From the IMG/VR virus record IMGVR_UViG_3300008259_002461: a stretch of DNA of 64,000 nt. The stretch is one strand, 5' to 3'. Made by a program: the position numbers and the translations under genes. Positions 19,827-29,516 of this stretch are shown here, piece by piece; position 1 is the stretch's first letter; every line of letters starts with the position of its first letter. Below the pieces are notes generated by a model that worked only from the letters and a program-made list of their open reading frames with translations, was not told where the DNA came from and did not search any database. The stretch comes from a virus (Duplodnaviria; Caudoviricetes).

Positions 19827-20858
19827 ATGGAAAAAGGTATAGTTACATGGTTTAATGATGCTAAAGGCTTTGGATTTGTTAGAACAGATCAAGGTGACGA
19901 AATAATCTGTGACAAGCGACACTTAATTACAGAACCAAAGACTATGAAGGAACTACAACAAATTTCTTTTGAGCGTGTAACTGTAAATGGCAGAGATCAC
20001 GCAACTGTTATTTCTGTTATACGTGATGATGCTATAGCTAAACCCATTCTTACTATGAAAAACTGCAAAGTATATTCTATGATGCCGTTCATAGCTGTAT
20101 TTGAAGATGTAGTATCTATTGATATGTGTAACGAAATAATAAACAAACATGTCTTAGATGGTATGAATCCTAATAGTGGCGGTCAATCAAGACAAGAAAG
20201 CTACACTCAAGTAACTGAAGATGTTGAAAATCGAGGAATTAGCCTAGGTATGGATCCGCATCATTACAACATTATTGCTAGAACTATCGTAGATAACATT
20301 GGTATACCTTATTCGTATATAGAAGCGATCGACATATACAATTATGAAGTAGGACAGTTCTTAGATCTACATCACGATTACCCTTATGATCCTACGCAGA
20401 TTAATTATTACAGTCACGGTGGTGATAGAGTTGGTACAGGTATTTTATATTTAAACGATAACTTTGACGGCGGCATTACTAGTTTCCCTAAATTAGATGT
20501 ACACATTAAACCAAAAACTGGTTCAATGTTATATTTTAAACAAGGATACGAGGACGAAGCTATAAATTGGTCAACAATTCATGAAAGTACACTAATAACC
20601 AAAGGTACTAAATGGGTAGCTAGTTGTTTTTTTAGTGCTAGTGAACGAATTGGATTTACTGACAGAGAAGATTTTGTTCCTCAGGAAAATCCTCAACTAC
20701 GTAACGAATTTTATGTTAAGAAGTTTATGGACATACAAAGGGGTAATATTCAACTTTATAGAAAATTAAAAAATCTTGAAACCAGTCCATTAAGAACAAA
20801 AGTTGAAGAAGTGTTAGGTATAGACTTTTTTAAAAATATAGATGATTTAGTTAAATGA
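19827..20858 (+). CDS. Cold-shock domain fused to prolyl-4-hydroxylase-like 2OG-Fe(II) oxygenase
   Basis: N-terminal KGIVTWFNDAKGFGFV (RNP-1), then LHHDY..YLND...GG.T.FP..IHES..KW. Confidence 0.85.
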   Translation: MEKGIVTWFNDAKGFGFVRTDQGDEIICDKRHLITEPKTMKELQQISFERVTVNGRDHATVISVIRDDAIAKPILTMKNCKVYSMMPFIAVFEDVVSIDMCNEIINKHVLDGMNPNSGGQSRQESYTQVTEDVENRGISLGMDPHHYNIIARTIVDNIGIPYSYIEAIDIYNYEVGQFLDLHHDYPYDPTQINYYSHGGDRVGTGILYLNDNFDGGITSFPKLDVHIKPKTGSMLYFKQGYEDEAINWSTIHESTLITKGTKWVASCFFSASERIGFTDREDFVPQENPQLRNEFYVKKFMDIQRGNIQLYRKLKNLETSPLRTKVEEVLGIDFFKNIDDLVK

Positions 20859-21295
20859 AAGTCGGTATTACTGGAACTACTCGCGGACTTGGCCAAGCAC
20901 TACACGACCATTTTGTTAACAAAGGTCATCATGTTATAGCCTTTAATAGAGGATCAGACATTGGTGACGCAGTTGGTTGTGACTTGCTTATTAATAACGC
21001 CTATGGTATACAAATGGATATACTTAATCAGTTGTACACAAGTGTTGGCAAAATGGTTGTTATGGGCAGTATAGTTACAGACTTTCCTGATGTAGAAATG
21101 CCAGACTATACACAGCAAAAAACAAAATTAGAAGAACGTGTACTAGATCTTAAAAGTCCGAACGTAGTTCTATTAAAACTATCTAGTACTGCCTACAACG
21201 ATTCGCAAATCGTAATCAATGCTATTGAGTATTGGCTGGCAAATCCATTAGTTAATGTTATATCGTTCAGAGCAACCGGAGGTCCTAATAGATGA
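20855..21295 (+). CDS. Minimal short-chain dehydrogenase-like protein
   Basis: ITGTTRGLG, LINNA and Y...K. Confidence 0.65.
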   Translation: MKVGITGTTRGLGQALHDHFVNKGHHVIAFNRGSDIGDAVGCDLLINNAYGIQMDILNQLYTSVGKMVVMGSIVTDFPDVEMPDYTQQKTKLEERVLDLKSPNVVLLKLSSTAYNDSQIVINAIEYWLANPLVNVISFRATGGPNR

Positions 21296-21891
21296 CAAAG
21301 AAAATAATTATAACAGGCCATACACATGGTATAGGTAAAGCAATATATGATAAGTTTACAGAAATAAGTTGCCACGAGATTATAGGAATGAGTCGTAGCA
21401 ACGGTTACGATATTGATAAAGACTTTGACAAGATAGTTGCTGAAGCGGAAGGATGTGAGTTGTTTATCAATAATGCTTACCGTGATCAGCAACAGACTAA
21501 ACTAGTTAATGCTCTTAAAGACAAAGTAGATATGATGGTAGTTATGGGAAGTGTTAGTAGATTCTACCCTGAACTTATACCTACGCAATATGTACATGAT
21601 AAACAAGAACTAGCAGAAACTTGTAGACTAATAAGTTTGAATCCAGATGGTATTCCTTTATTACATTTAGACTTAGGATTTTTAGAAGGTACAGCAGTAG
21701 ATAATGCTGACCCAACTGCGTTTGTTAGCGACTACAATACTAAATTAGACGATATTGTTGATACAATTATATTCTGGGCGCAAAAGCCTAGCATTAGGCA
21801 AATTGAATTTAGATGGAAATTAACTCCACATGTATTAGCAGAATTAAATCGTATCAATCCTAACCTAGATCCATCTAGGATACAGTTCTAA
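21292..21891 (+). CDS. Short-chain dehydrogenase-like protein
   Basis: ITGHTHGIG, FINNA and YVHDK. Confidence 0.7.
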   Translation: MTKKIIITGHTHGIGKAIYDKFTEISCHEIIGMSRSNGYDIDKDFDKIVAEAEGCELFINNAYRDQQQTKLVNALKDKVDMMVVMGSVSRFYPELIPTQYVHDKQELAETCRLISLNPDGIPLLHLDLGFLEGTAVDNADPTAFVSDYNTKLDDIVDTIIFWAQKPSIRQIEFRWKLTPHVLAELNRINPNLDPSRIQF

Positions 21892-22416
21892 ATTAGCAAG
21901 AAATCGATCTGGATATATTCGCCAGACAGTTTGATCAGTATTGCGATAATTCATTTCGCACACACGTTCTACAATCCCTAGTTTAGCAAGTGTAGGAAAA
22001 TAATGTCTATGTACTAGACGTTGACTTGCTACAACACTTTCATTGCTTGTAGCATACAAATCCCCCTTTGCCCAGTTAATACATGCAGGGAGTAAAAACT
22101 GATCTGTTAAGTTTTGATGTTCAGCAATTAATTTCTTAGCTGTAATCAATCCAGTGTTTAAATTAGCCTCAGCAAGTGTACAGGTACGTGCTAGTACACG
22201 ATAAGCGTTAGGCCCCATGATATTAAAACTATGTGCAGCTACACTTCCAATAGCACGATCATTTTGATATAGAATCCATGCTGCCCACTCTGGTTCATTT
22301 TGAAAACAGTCAATCATTACTTTTTGATTACTATTGTTTTCAAACCCCCTACGTTTTGCATTAGAATAGAATTCGGTTAAGTCTAATTCTTCTGACCATG
22401 GAACAATTTTAAACAT
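21865..22416 (-). CDS. Hypothetical protein, possible GNAT-fold acyltransferase
   Basis: WILYQNDRAIGSVAAH...YRVLARTC pattern. Start moved to 22416. Confidence 0.4.
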   Translation of the reverse strand: MFKIVPWSEELDLTEFYSNAKRRGFENNSNQKVMIDCFQNEPEWAAWILYQNDRAIGSVAAHSFNIMGPNAYRVLARTCTLAEANLNTGLITAKKLIAEHQNLTDQFLLPACINWAKGDLYATSNESVVASQRLVHRHYFPTLAKLGIVERVCEMNYRNTDQTVWRIYPDRFLANLELYPRWI

Positions 22417-23104
22417 ATAATTTTTTACATTCATCCATAAAGTCTGAAGGAAAATTTGTTTTAAAACTTTCAAATGCTAGTAACTGTATATCTTTAAAAG
22501 GAGTTGGCATATTTACGTCTATACCCGCAGCAGTCATTTTAGGTAGCAAGTCCTTTTGTCTATCTTCGCTGATGTGACTCATCACACTACGTAAACTAAT
22601 TTGCTGATCAAGGTCTCGATAACAGAAAAAATAATTGATACTTTTAAGCTGACCGTTAACAACAAAATAACTACTGGGATGTAAACTATATTTGTATATT
22701 CCTAATGACGTATGCGCCTTAAATATTTCCAACATTTGTTCACGCCAATTGGGTAGTACACTATCATAGTCTTGTTTAATAGGATCAGCTTGTTGCCAAA
22801 AATCAACACCGTCTATTTCAAGATAGAGTTTTCTTTTTTCTAAATCTATATTAATAATCTTAGGAACTAGATGCGGAAATGTATTACGCATTTGAGTAAT
22901 GTAGTTTACTTCACGTAACCATTTTTCCTCCATTAAGTCAGGATCAACAATTTGATTTTGTCCTCGATGATAATCAGTATCATTATGGTACCATTGACAA
23001 AATGTTTTACGATCCTTACTTATAAGACTTGTATAAATTAAATTATTACGACATAATCCTTTACCAGGTACGTCATTATAATAGTATTCAAAATTAGTGG
23101 ACAA
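22409..23104 (-). CDS. Kinase/phosphotransferase-like protein
   Basis: WLREVNYI..VPKIINID..LYLEI, paralog of 18024. TTG start. Confidence 0.5.
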   Translation of the reverse strand: MSTNFEYYYNDVPGKGLCRNNLIYTSLISKDRKTFCQWYHNDTDYHRGQNQIVDPDLMEEKWLREVNYITQMRNTFPHLVPKIINIDLEKRKLYLEIDGVDFWQQADPIKQDYDSVLPNWREQMLEIFKAHTSLGIYKYSLHPSSYFVVNGQLKSINYFFCYRDLDQQISLRSVMSHISEDRQKDLLPKMTAAGIDVNMPTPFKDIQLLAFESFKTNFPSDFMDECKKLYV

Positions 23105-24065
23105 AGTTAATCACCTTATTTTTTGGTGTTTCAATTATATTGTACTTGTGCTTGTGTTCTTCTTTGATTAAATGTATTGTTTGATCATTATATGAAAATA
23201 TAAAATTTCCGTCAGCAAAATTTTGTTCTATTCTAAAATTATTGTTGGCATTTACAATTAATGGATATTGTGCAAAAGTTCCCCAGTTGTCACAAATGTC
23301 TGTATAAAGTTTATGTTCTTTGTACTTGATTCCAGTTCTAAATATTAACAAATAATTAGTTCCTGTTTCTAATTCAATGTTCCAATCAATACCTTCTTGT
23401 GTAACAGGTTCGTTAATATTAATATTATACATTTTTGTAGGTAAACTGTTTGATATTTCGCAAACATCTAATACTTGATGTATATTATTGATAGTTATAC
23501 CATGAAGACCATCTTTAAGTTGTACTTCTGATTTATTTAATATTTTGTTTACTACTGCACTAAATTTTTCAGTAATTTCTAAACCGGGATTACAAACTTC
23601 TTTATCGTCATTGATTAATCTTTTTGCATAATTATTGCTAATTGGAACTGCATATACTTCTAAAAAATAAATGTTCGGTAAAATTTCTGGAAGCGCACCA
23701 CCTACTGCCTTAAGCATAGACTCTCCAAACAGAGTGTGATTAATTGTTTCAGTAAAAATGTAATCTATATTTTTGTGGTTGTGTATTTTATCTGGTCTAA
23801 ACTGTTGGCCTATAAGTTCAATTTTATTTTGTAAACCTAAATTTTGAATAATCTCAAGTCCTAGTTGATAAGTTTCTAAATCTTCTTCGTAAGCAACAAT
23901 ATGATTAGCACCCGCTTCAAGTGCAAGGATAGATAATATACCAGATCCAAAACCTATTTCTAAACAGTTTTTATTTTTTGTATCTTTTAGAATCTTTTTA
24001 TAAAAACTATTTCGAACAACGTCATTTATCATTGTCATGCCGTACTTGAGATGTTTATATACCAT
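23094..24065 (-). CDS. PRMT-like class I methyltransferase
   Basis: MINDVVRNSFY, LEIGFGSGILS, IVAYE and TETINHTLFGE (double-E loop). Confidence 0.7.
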   Translation of the reverse strand: MVYKHLKYGMTMINDVVRNSFYKKILKDTKNKNCLEIGFGSGILSILALEAGANHIVAYEEDLETYQLGLEIIQNLGLQNKIELIGQQFRPDKIHNHKNIDYIFTETINHTLFGESMLKAVGGALPEILPNIYFLEVYAVPISNNYAKRLINDDKEVCNPGLEITEKFSAVVNKILNKSEVQLKDGLHGITINNIHQVLDVCEISNSLPTKMYNININEPVTQEGIDWNIELETGTNYLLIFRTGIKYKEHKLYTDICDNWGTFAQYPLIVNANNNFRIEQNFADGNFIFSYNDQTIHLIKEEHKHKYNIIETPKNKVINFVH

Positions 24066-24098
24066 GTGTCAGTTTCTCGATTGTATATATAATTACCA

Positions 24099-24106
24099 GA
24101 TAAATA
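24099..24106 (+). promoter_or_regulatory. Late-type promoter motif
   Basis: GATAAATA 4 nt before ATG 24111 at a divergence point. Confidence 0.55.
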
Positions 24107-24110
24107 TTTT

Positions 24111-24926
24111 ATGATTAAAGGAATTGGCGGTAAGCCTTATATAAACTTAGATCCATTTTTAGATATTGATGGATTTAAAAATCTACATCCAGAAATATGT
24201 AAAGGGTTTGCCCTAGCTAGAGATTATGCCAAGGAAGGCACTTGGATGAAACCAGGGTTTGATTGGAAAGATGCTAGTTACATAGTTAATTGGAAACCAA
24301 TTTATAAAGCAGTAGAAGAATATCTAGCTTTACCCAAGGAGCATCCTATTCGTGTACACGGCGATCCTATGTATTTTACAGACTTGAGTGATTTTAAAAA
24401 TCGTAACTTATTCACACGTTATCTTAAAATGGCCATGGGTGCGAGTGATCCTTATATTTACTACTTTCTGTGGGAACAAGGTGATTGGAACGACCGTAGC
24501 GCAGAACGCAAACCTACAGAAGAAAGCAAATACTTTCCTGGTGTAGTAACGTGGGTAAACAATCTAGTAGAACAAAACATTATTAGCCAAATTGGTCGAG
24601 TTATATTCTTTCACTGTGATCATAATGGACTAGGGTTTGAGCACAGAGACTTAGATGCTAACAATGGTGTATTAGAAAAGAACTCCTACACTGACCACCG
24701 CAACGAATTTATACACATACGTTTTAGAACCAAGCGTGGATTTTATATTTGGGATCCGGATACTGAGAACAAACACTATATCAATAGCAATGCCGGCTTC
24801 TGGAATGACGAAGACTGGCATGGCGGCGACAGTATAGGCGAACAGGATTATGCTTTACGTGTAGATTGTAAATTTACAGAAGAGTTTCGCAAGGCTCTTA
24901 AGATAGATTATTTGGAAAATTATTAA
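24111..24926 (+). CDS. Putative Fe(II)-dependent oxygenase (cupin)
   Basis: FEHRD...WHGG. Confidence 0.55.
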   Translation: MIKGIGGKPYINLDPFLDIDGFKNLHPEICKGFALARDYAKEGTWMKPGFDWKDASYIVNWKPIYKAVEEYLALPKEHPIRVHGDPMYFTDLSDFKNRNLFTRYLKMAMGASDPYIYYFLWEQGDWNDRSAERKPTEESKYFPGVVTWVNNLVEQNIISQIGRVIFFHCDHNGLGFEHRDLDANNGVLEKNSYTDHRNEFIHIRFRTKRGFYIWDPDTENKHYINSNAGFWNDEDWHGGDSIGEQDYALRVDCKFTEEFRKALKIDYLENY

Positions 24927-25660
24927 TGAAAATAGGTTTTTTTGGCGACAGCTTTTGTGCAGAAATGAATAATACTTATACTTGGAAAAACAAGTATGAT
25001 ACTTATATCAACAAATTGCAGGATCATTACAAAGCAAAAATAGTAAATTTAGGATATGGGGGTAGTAGCTATTGGGATCTAATACTGTATCAATTTCCAA
25101 AGTTTATTAATAACTTACCTGATGTATGCATATTTGTATGGACTTCGCCTGGACGAATTTATCATCCTGAGTGTCGAAACATTACTTCTTGGGTTTTAGA
25201 TATAGATAATGTGCCTATTTCAGAATTTCATTATACTAGACTTTTATATAAGAAAAAATATAAAGTTGCAGCTGAATTTTATAAAGAGCTCTATAATGAG
25301 GAAAAAGAAAAGCGAGAAAGATTAGCAGCCTTATATCATTACGATAGAGAAGTATTACTTCCCTTAATGGAAAAAACTAAAATAATTCATCTATGGAGTT
25401 TTGGTAACTTTAAAACTTGGCACGACCCTAACACACGTTATAGTGCAAACAACATGTATTATGATTATAGATTTTTAAGTGGCACAGAGTGTAGACCAGC
25501 TTTAGAAAATTTTTCTAAGTATAATAAAGATGTTGATTATAATACAGATACAGTTTCAAATCATTTATTTGGTAATGAAATTAATGATCTTGTAAAAAAC
25601 ATGTTAGTAGAAGCAATTGACAATCATGGTAACGGAAAAGTTTTAGATTTTAATTTATGA
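24926..25660 (+). CDS. SGNH/GDSL hydrolase-like protein
   Basis: GFFGDSF, NLGYGGSS and VSNH. Confidence 0.6.
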   Translation: MKIGFFGDSFCAEMNNTYTWKNKYDTYINKLQDHYKAKIVNLGYGGSSYWDLILYQFPKFINNLPDVCIFVWTSPGRIYHPECRNITSWVLDIDNVPISEFHYTRLLYKKKYKVAAEFYKELYNEEKEKRERLAALYHYDREVLLPLMEKTKIIHLWSFGNFKTWHDPNTRYSANNMYYDYRFLSGTECRPALENFSKYNKDVDYNTDTVSNHLFGNEINDLVKNMLVEAIDNHGNGKVLDFNL

Positions 25661-26154
25661 AATATATAGGAAATTATAGTTCTTGGATAAATGACAATTG
25701 GATTTCTAAAATATTAGAAACTCCAGGACAAGCCCGCCCCAGAGATTGGCCGCCAAATTCTAAAATTGAACAAGAAGAATATCAGCGATATGCAACTTCT
25801 GGATACGATCTAAACGCAGTTAATTGGTGGATTTACGAAAGTAAAGATCTAGATATAATAATTTCCCCGCCTTGGACCAATGGAAAAATTCATTGGTGGA
25901 TTACTAAATTAACCCCAGGACAATTCATGCCAATGCACACTGATCCTCATACACACGATGTTAGCTGTTTGCGATATTGGGTTCCGTTACAGGACTATCA
26001 TCCTGGGCATATATTTGTATACAAAGATGAAATGATCACTAATTATAAAAAAGGTGATGTATATGTTTACACTAGTTCTACAGATTTACATGGCGCTGCT
26101 AACATAGGCCAGATACCTAGACTTGTTTTACAAATTACAGAATATGACATCTAA
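25657..26154 (+). CDS. 2OG-Fe(II) oxygenase (AspH-like)
   Basis: MPMHTD...LHGAANIG..PR. Confidence 0.75.
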   Translation: MKYIGNYSSWINDNWISKILETPGQARPRDWPPNSKIEQEEYQRYATSGYDLNAVNWWIYESKDLDIIISPPWTNGKIHWWITKLTPGQFMPMHTDPHTHDVSCLRYWVPLQDYHPGHIFVYKDEMITNYKKGDVYVYTSSTDLHGAANIGQIPRLVLQITEYDI

Positions 26155-27298
26155 GACATATTGCGTATATCCTTTTATAAGTTCTAGTCTGCAAGCAGAT
26201 AACACAGTTTTGCCTTGCGGACAGTTTATGAAATCTACTCTATTTCAAAACATTATTCCAATAAATGAAGTAAGACACGGCCCTGTAATGCAAGAAATGC
26301 GTAGAAAAATGTTAAACGGCGAACGAGTAGAAGGATGTCAATGCTATGCTGAAGAAGATGTAGGTATTCCGTCAATGCGCCAAAGCGGACTTAACAAATA
26401 TGAATTTACTACTGACACTACAATAAAAAAATTAGAATTAGTCATGGATAACATCTGTAACATAAAATGCAGAAGTTGTGGTTCACCTAATAGTCATACT
26501 TGGCACGAAGATGAAATAAAAATTTACGGAGAATCTTTTTCTAAGAAAAAATATATTAAAAATACTTTATACAAAGATCTTGAGTTAGATAGCTTAATTG
26601 AAATAGAAGTTCTTGGTGGTGAGCCAATGTACAGTCCGGGAACTAGAGATTTTTTTAAATTATTAAAAGACAAGGACATTTTAAAAAATCTTTCTATACA
26701 ACTAAGCACAAACGGAACTATAGAACCAACTGACTCTGTATTAGACAGTTTATTAAGTTGTAAAGAATTAAGTTTAAATATTAGTATAGACGGATTTGGT
26801 CATTATAATGATTATATTAGAAGCGGCTCCGATTGGAATGCAATTGAACAGAATTTAAAATTTTATGATAACTTAATTGATTTAAGAAAAGATAAAAAAA
26901 CATCAATGAACGTGCATACGGCAGTAAGCATTTATAATGTAAACCAACTCGACTTGTTAGACAACTACGTTAAAGAACACTTCCCTAGATTTTCTAAAAC
27001 ATTTCAACTAGTACAATATCCAGTATTTTTGTCTATTAAAAACACTCCATTAGAATATAAAGAACTAGTCTCTAAATACATTAATAACGATAGTATTACT
27101 GAATATCTCAACTCAGAAGGAAATGATCATTTCCAACATTTTATAAACTATTCTCAACAGCTTGATGAAATTAGATCGGAAGATATGGCAGAATTTAATC
27201 CGCTGTTAAAACAATATATTGAAAAGTATACTTCTAAGGTAACTAGAGCAGAAAGTAAAGTTTTTTTAATAAAAGAATTTAAAAAACTACAAAATTAA
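26144..27298 (+). CDS. Radical SAM protein with N-terminal twitch domain
   Basis: YCVYPF..PC, CNIKCRSC and LGGEP. Start moved to 26144. Confidence 0.88.
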   Translation: MTSKTYCVYPFISSSLQADNTVLPCGQFMKSTLFQNIIPINEVRHGPVMQEMRRKMLNGERVEGCQCYAEEDVGIPSMRQSGLNKYEFTTDTTIKKLELVMDNICNIKCRSCGSPNSHTWHEDEIKIYGESFSKKKYIKNTLYKDLELDSLIEIEVLGGEPMYSPGTRDFFKLLKDKDILKNLSIQLSTNGTIEPTDSVLDSLLSCKELSLNISIDGFGHYNDYIRSGSDWNAIEQNLKFYDNLIDLRKDKKTSMNVHTAVSIYNVNQLDLLDNYVKEHFPRFSKTFQLVQYPVFLSIKNTPLEYKELVSKYINNDSITEYLNSEGNDHFQHFINYSQQLDEIRSEDMAEFNPLLKQYIEKYTSKVTRAESKVFLIKEFKKLQN

Positions 27299-28518
27299 TT
27301 CCAGTCTAGATTATAATGCCAAGTTGGTTTTTTTAAAGTTTCCATATTAGTAATTTTAAAATCTTTACTAATTCCCAATGTCTTTAAATTTTCTACAAAT
27401 CCAACTGCGGCCCTAATATTAAAATTAATTGTACATTCAGGAACTTTTTCTTTTAATGAATTAATAATTTCATTTTCTTTGTGTACCCTATAGTACAACG
27501 GTGACAAACATGCTGTACCTTCGTAGCAAAAAATATTTGATAAATTAATTAACGTAGTTGAATTATGCTCTGCGTTGATGTAATCTATAAGATTATTTTC
27601 TAATAGTAAATCGGCTTTTACAAATATATACTCAATATTATTCTTTTGTTGAATTTTGTTCTTCCAGTAGTTTAAAGCATTATCATTGTAATCATAAACA
27701 ACGATTCGACCCTCGTCAATTAAATCAGTATAAAGTAGACCACTAGCTGGAATAATTAATTGTGTAAATTTTTTATTAACATTGCTATGTTCTTCGGTAT
27801 TTTCTGTATGAATAAATTCAGATGCTGCATACTTTTCTCGAAAGTATACCCAATTAAGATTTTCTAAAAAGTCTTTTTTAGATTCTGGATAAAGATGTTT
27901 TTTGTTATGTCTAATATCGTTATTAAATATTTTAACAGGCAGATTATATGTAAGTGCTAAACTTAATATATTCCATCCGTGACATTTATGATCATATGAT
28001 TTAGTTTGATATCCAGTTTTAACCCAAATAGGTGTATAATCATCGTGTATATTTTCTACACTTCTTTCTGGAATCACTTGAGTATGTTTAGTACCAAGCT
28101 CTAATTGACCAATTGCTGGACAACCTAATTTACGATATATTTCTAAATTTATTAGATAACACTGATTGTGCAGTTCATAATATGCGGTACCTCTATCTAG
28201 AATATGTCCATAGATAAAAAAATCGTCTTTGATAAGATCTTCTAATGAATTAAAAAACTCACTTCCGTTAATAAATTCTGTCCCAGTACTAAAGACAAGA
28301 GCATAGGTATAATCTAAATTTGCTACATGTTGTAATACAGTATCCTCATTTAAAGACTGATATACATCATAATTTTTATTTAGTACATTTGATAATGTAT
28401 AATCAGACTGATTTTTTATAATTTCCTTACAAAAATTATCTTGTATCTGATTAGTATTATCTATAAAACAAAATGCAATCTTATTAGAAGAATTATAATT
28501 GTACTCAACTACATTCAT
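27295..28518 (-). CDS. Hypothetical protein, possible glycosyltransferase-like N-terminus
   Basis: Long ORF. GHILD..YELHNQCYLINL suggests a GT-A-like region (weak). Confidence 0.35.
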   Translation of the reverse strand: MNVVEYNYNSSNKIAFCFIDNTNQIQDNFCKEIIKNQSDYTLSNVLNKNYDVYQSLNEDTVLQHVANLDYTYALVFSTGTEFINGSEFFNSLEDLIKDDFFIYGHILDRGTAYYELHNQCYLINLEIYRKLGCPAIGQLELGTKHTQVIPERSVENIHDDYTPIWVKTGYQTKSYDHKCHGWNILSLALTYNLPVKIFNNDIRHNKKHLYPESKKDFLENLNWVYFREKYAASEFIHTENTEEHSNVNKKFTQLIIPASGLLYTDLIDEGRIVVYDYNDNALNYWKNKIQQKNNIEYIFVKADLLLENNLIDYINAEHNSTTLINLSNIFCYEGTACLSPLYYRVHKENEIINSLKEKVPECTINFNIRAAVGFVENLKTLGISKDFKITNMETLKKPTWHYNLDWN

Positions 28519-29516
28519 TTTTTATAAAATTTAATAGGCAAAACATTTTCTTCGGTCAATATTACTTCATTTTGAGATGACGGACACATTGAACATTCAC
28601 TAATTGGTTTATACTTAGAAATAGAAAAATTTTCTACTTCTTCGTCAGTACAATTAGTTAAGTCAAGAGGTTTGTATGCTAAAAATTTCTGCCATTCTTC
28701 GTCGTCGACTGCATTATGTCTTTCTAAAAAGTTTTTTAAAGTTCCTAATGCTGCACACTTATAAAGTTTTTTATTATACATAAATGTACAGTAACAACTT
28801 GGACAGTTACCATAATAAGCCTTTTCAATATCCGTTGAGTTAAACGGTTTTGGTTTATTATCTTTCATGTAAAAATGTTTTAGATGGGAATCTTGATCAA
28901 TTGAAAGTACACCGTACTGGCCGTTCCACCAAAAGTCATCATCAGGCGGAATTGGTGATTTATTTTCTATAGCACAATAAGCATTATGTCTATAGTCCTT
29001 AACATCAATCCAATAATTCCTCCAACCATCAGTAGAGTCGTACATCATCTTTGACCAAAAATTCTCACTAGGAAGTTTTTGAATATCAAGTTTTTCTGTT
29101 AACACTTCAACGGCAGCTTTTATTCTATTTGATCGAGTCTTATCTTCAAATTGAATAAAGTGATCACTAACTAATATCATAACTTTATACTTAACAATAA
29201 TATTAGATAAGAAGTCTATGTTCTTATCGATAAGTTCGCCATTAGTTGGAATCCATACTGGTGTAGTTTGATCAAAGCTTCTAATAAATTCTAGGAGTGA
29301 TTCAATTCTGTCTTTGTATAACAGTGGTTCACCGCCTAGTAAACTATAGTGTTCAATATGAAACTTTTCTTTAGTTAACAGAATTCCTTCTTTGATTGTT
29401 TCAAGGTCAGGATCATGTTCTCCTTTTCTAATCAAGTCACTACGTGTATCACACTGTTGGCAGGCAATTTGACATTTATTGCCGTAAAAAATATCAAAAA
29501 CTTTAAGATTGGGCAT
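28515..29516 (-). CDS. Radical SAM protein
   Basis: CQIACQQC, LLGGEPLL and LYKC..CSMCP. Start moved to 29516. Confidence 0.85.
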   Translation of the reverse strand: MPNLKVFDIFYGNKCQIACQQCDTRSDLIRKGEHDPDLETIKEGILLTKEKFHIEHYSLLGGEPLLYKDRIESLLEFIRSFDQTTPVWIPTNGELIDKNIDFLSNIIVKYKVMILVSDHFIQFEDKTRSNRIKAAVEVLTEKLDIQKLPSENFWSKMMYDSTDGWRNYWIDVKDYRHNAYCAIENKSPIPPDDDFWWNGQYGVLSIDQDSHLKHFYMKDNKPKPFNSTDIEKAYYGNCPSCYCTFMYNKKLYKCAALGTLKNFLERHNAVDDEEWQKFLAYKPLDLTNCTDEEVENFSISKYKPISECSMCPSSQNEVILTEENVLPIKFYKK

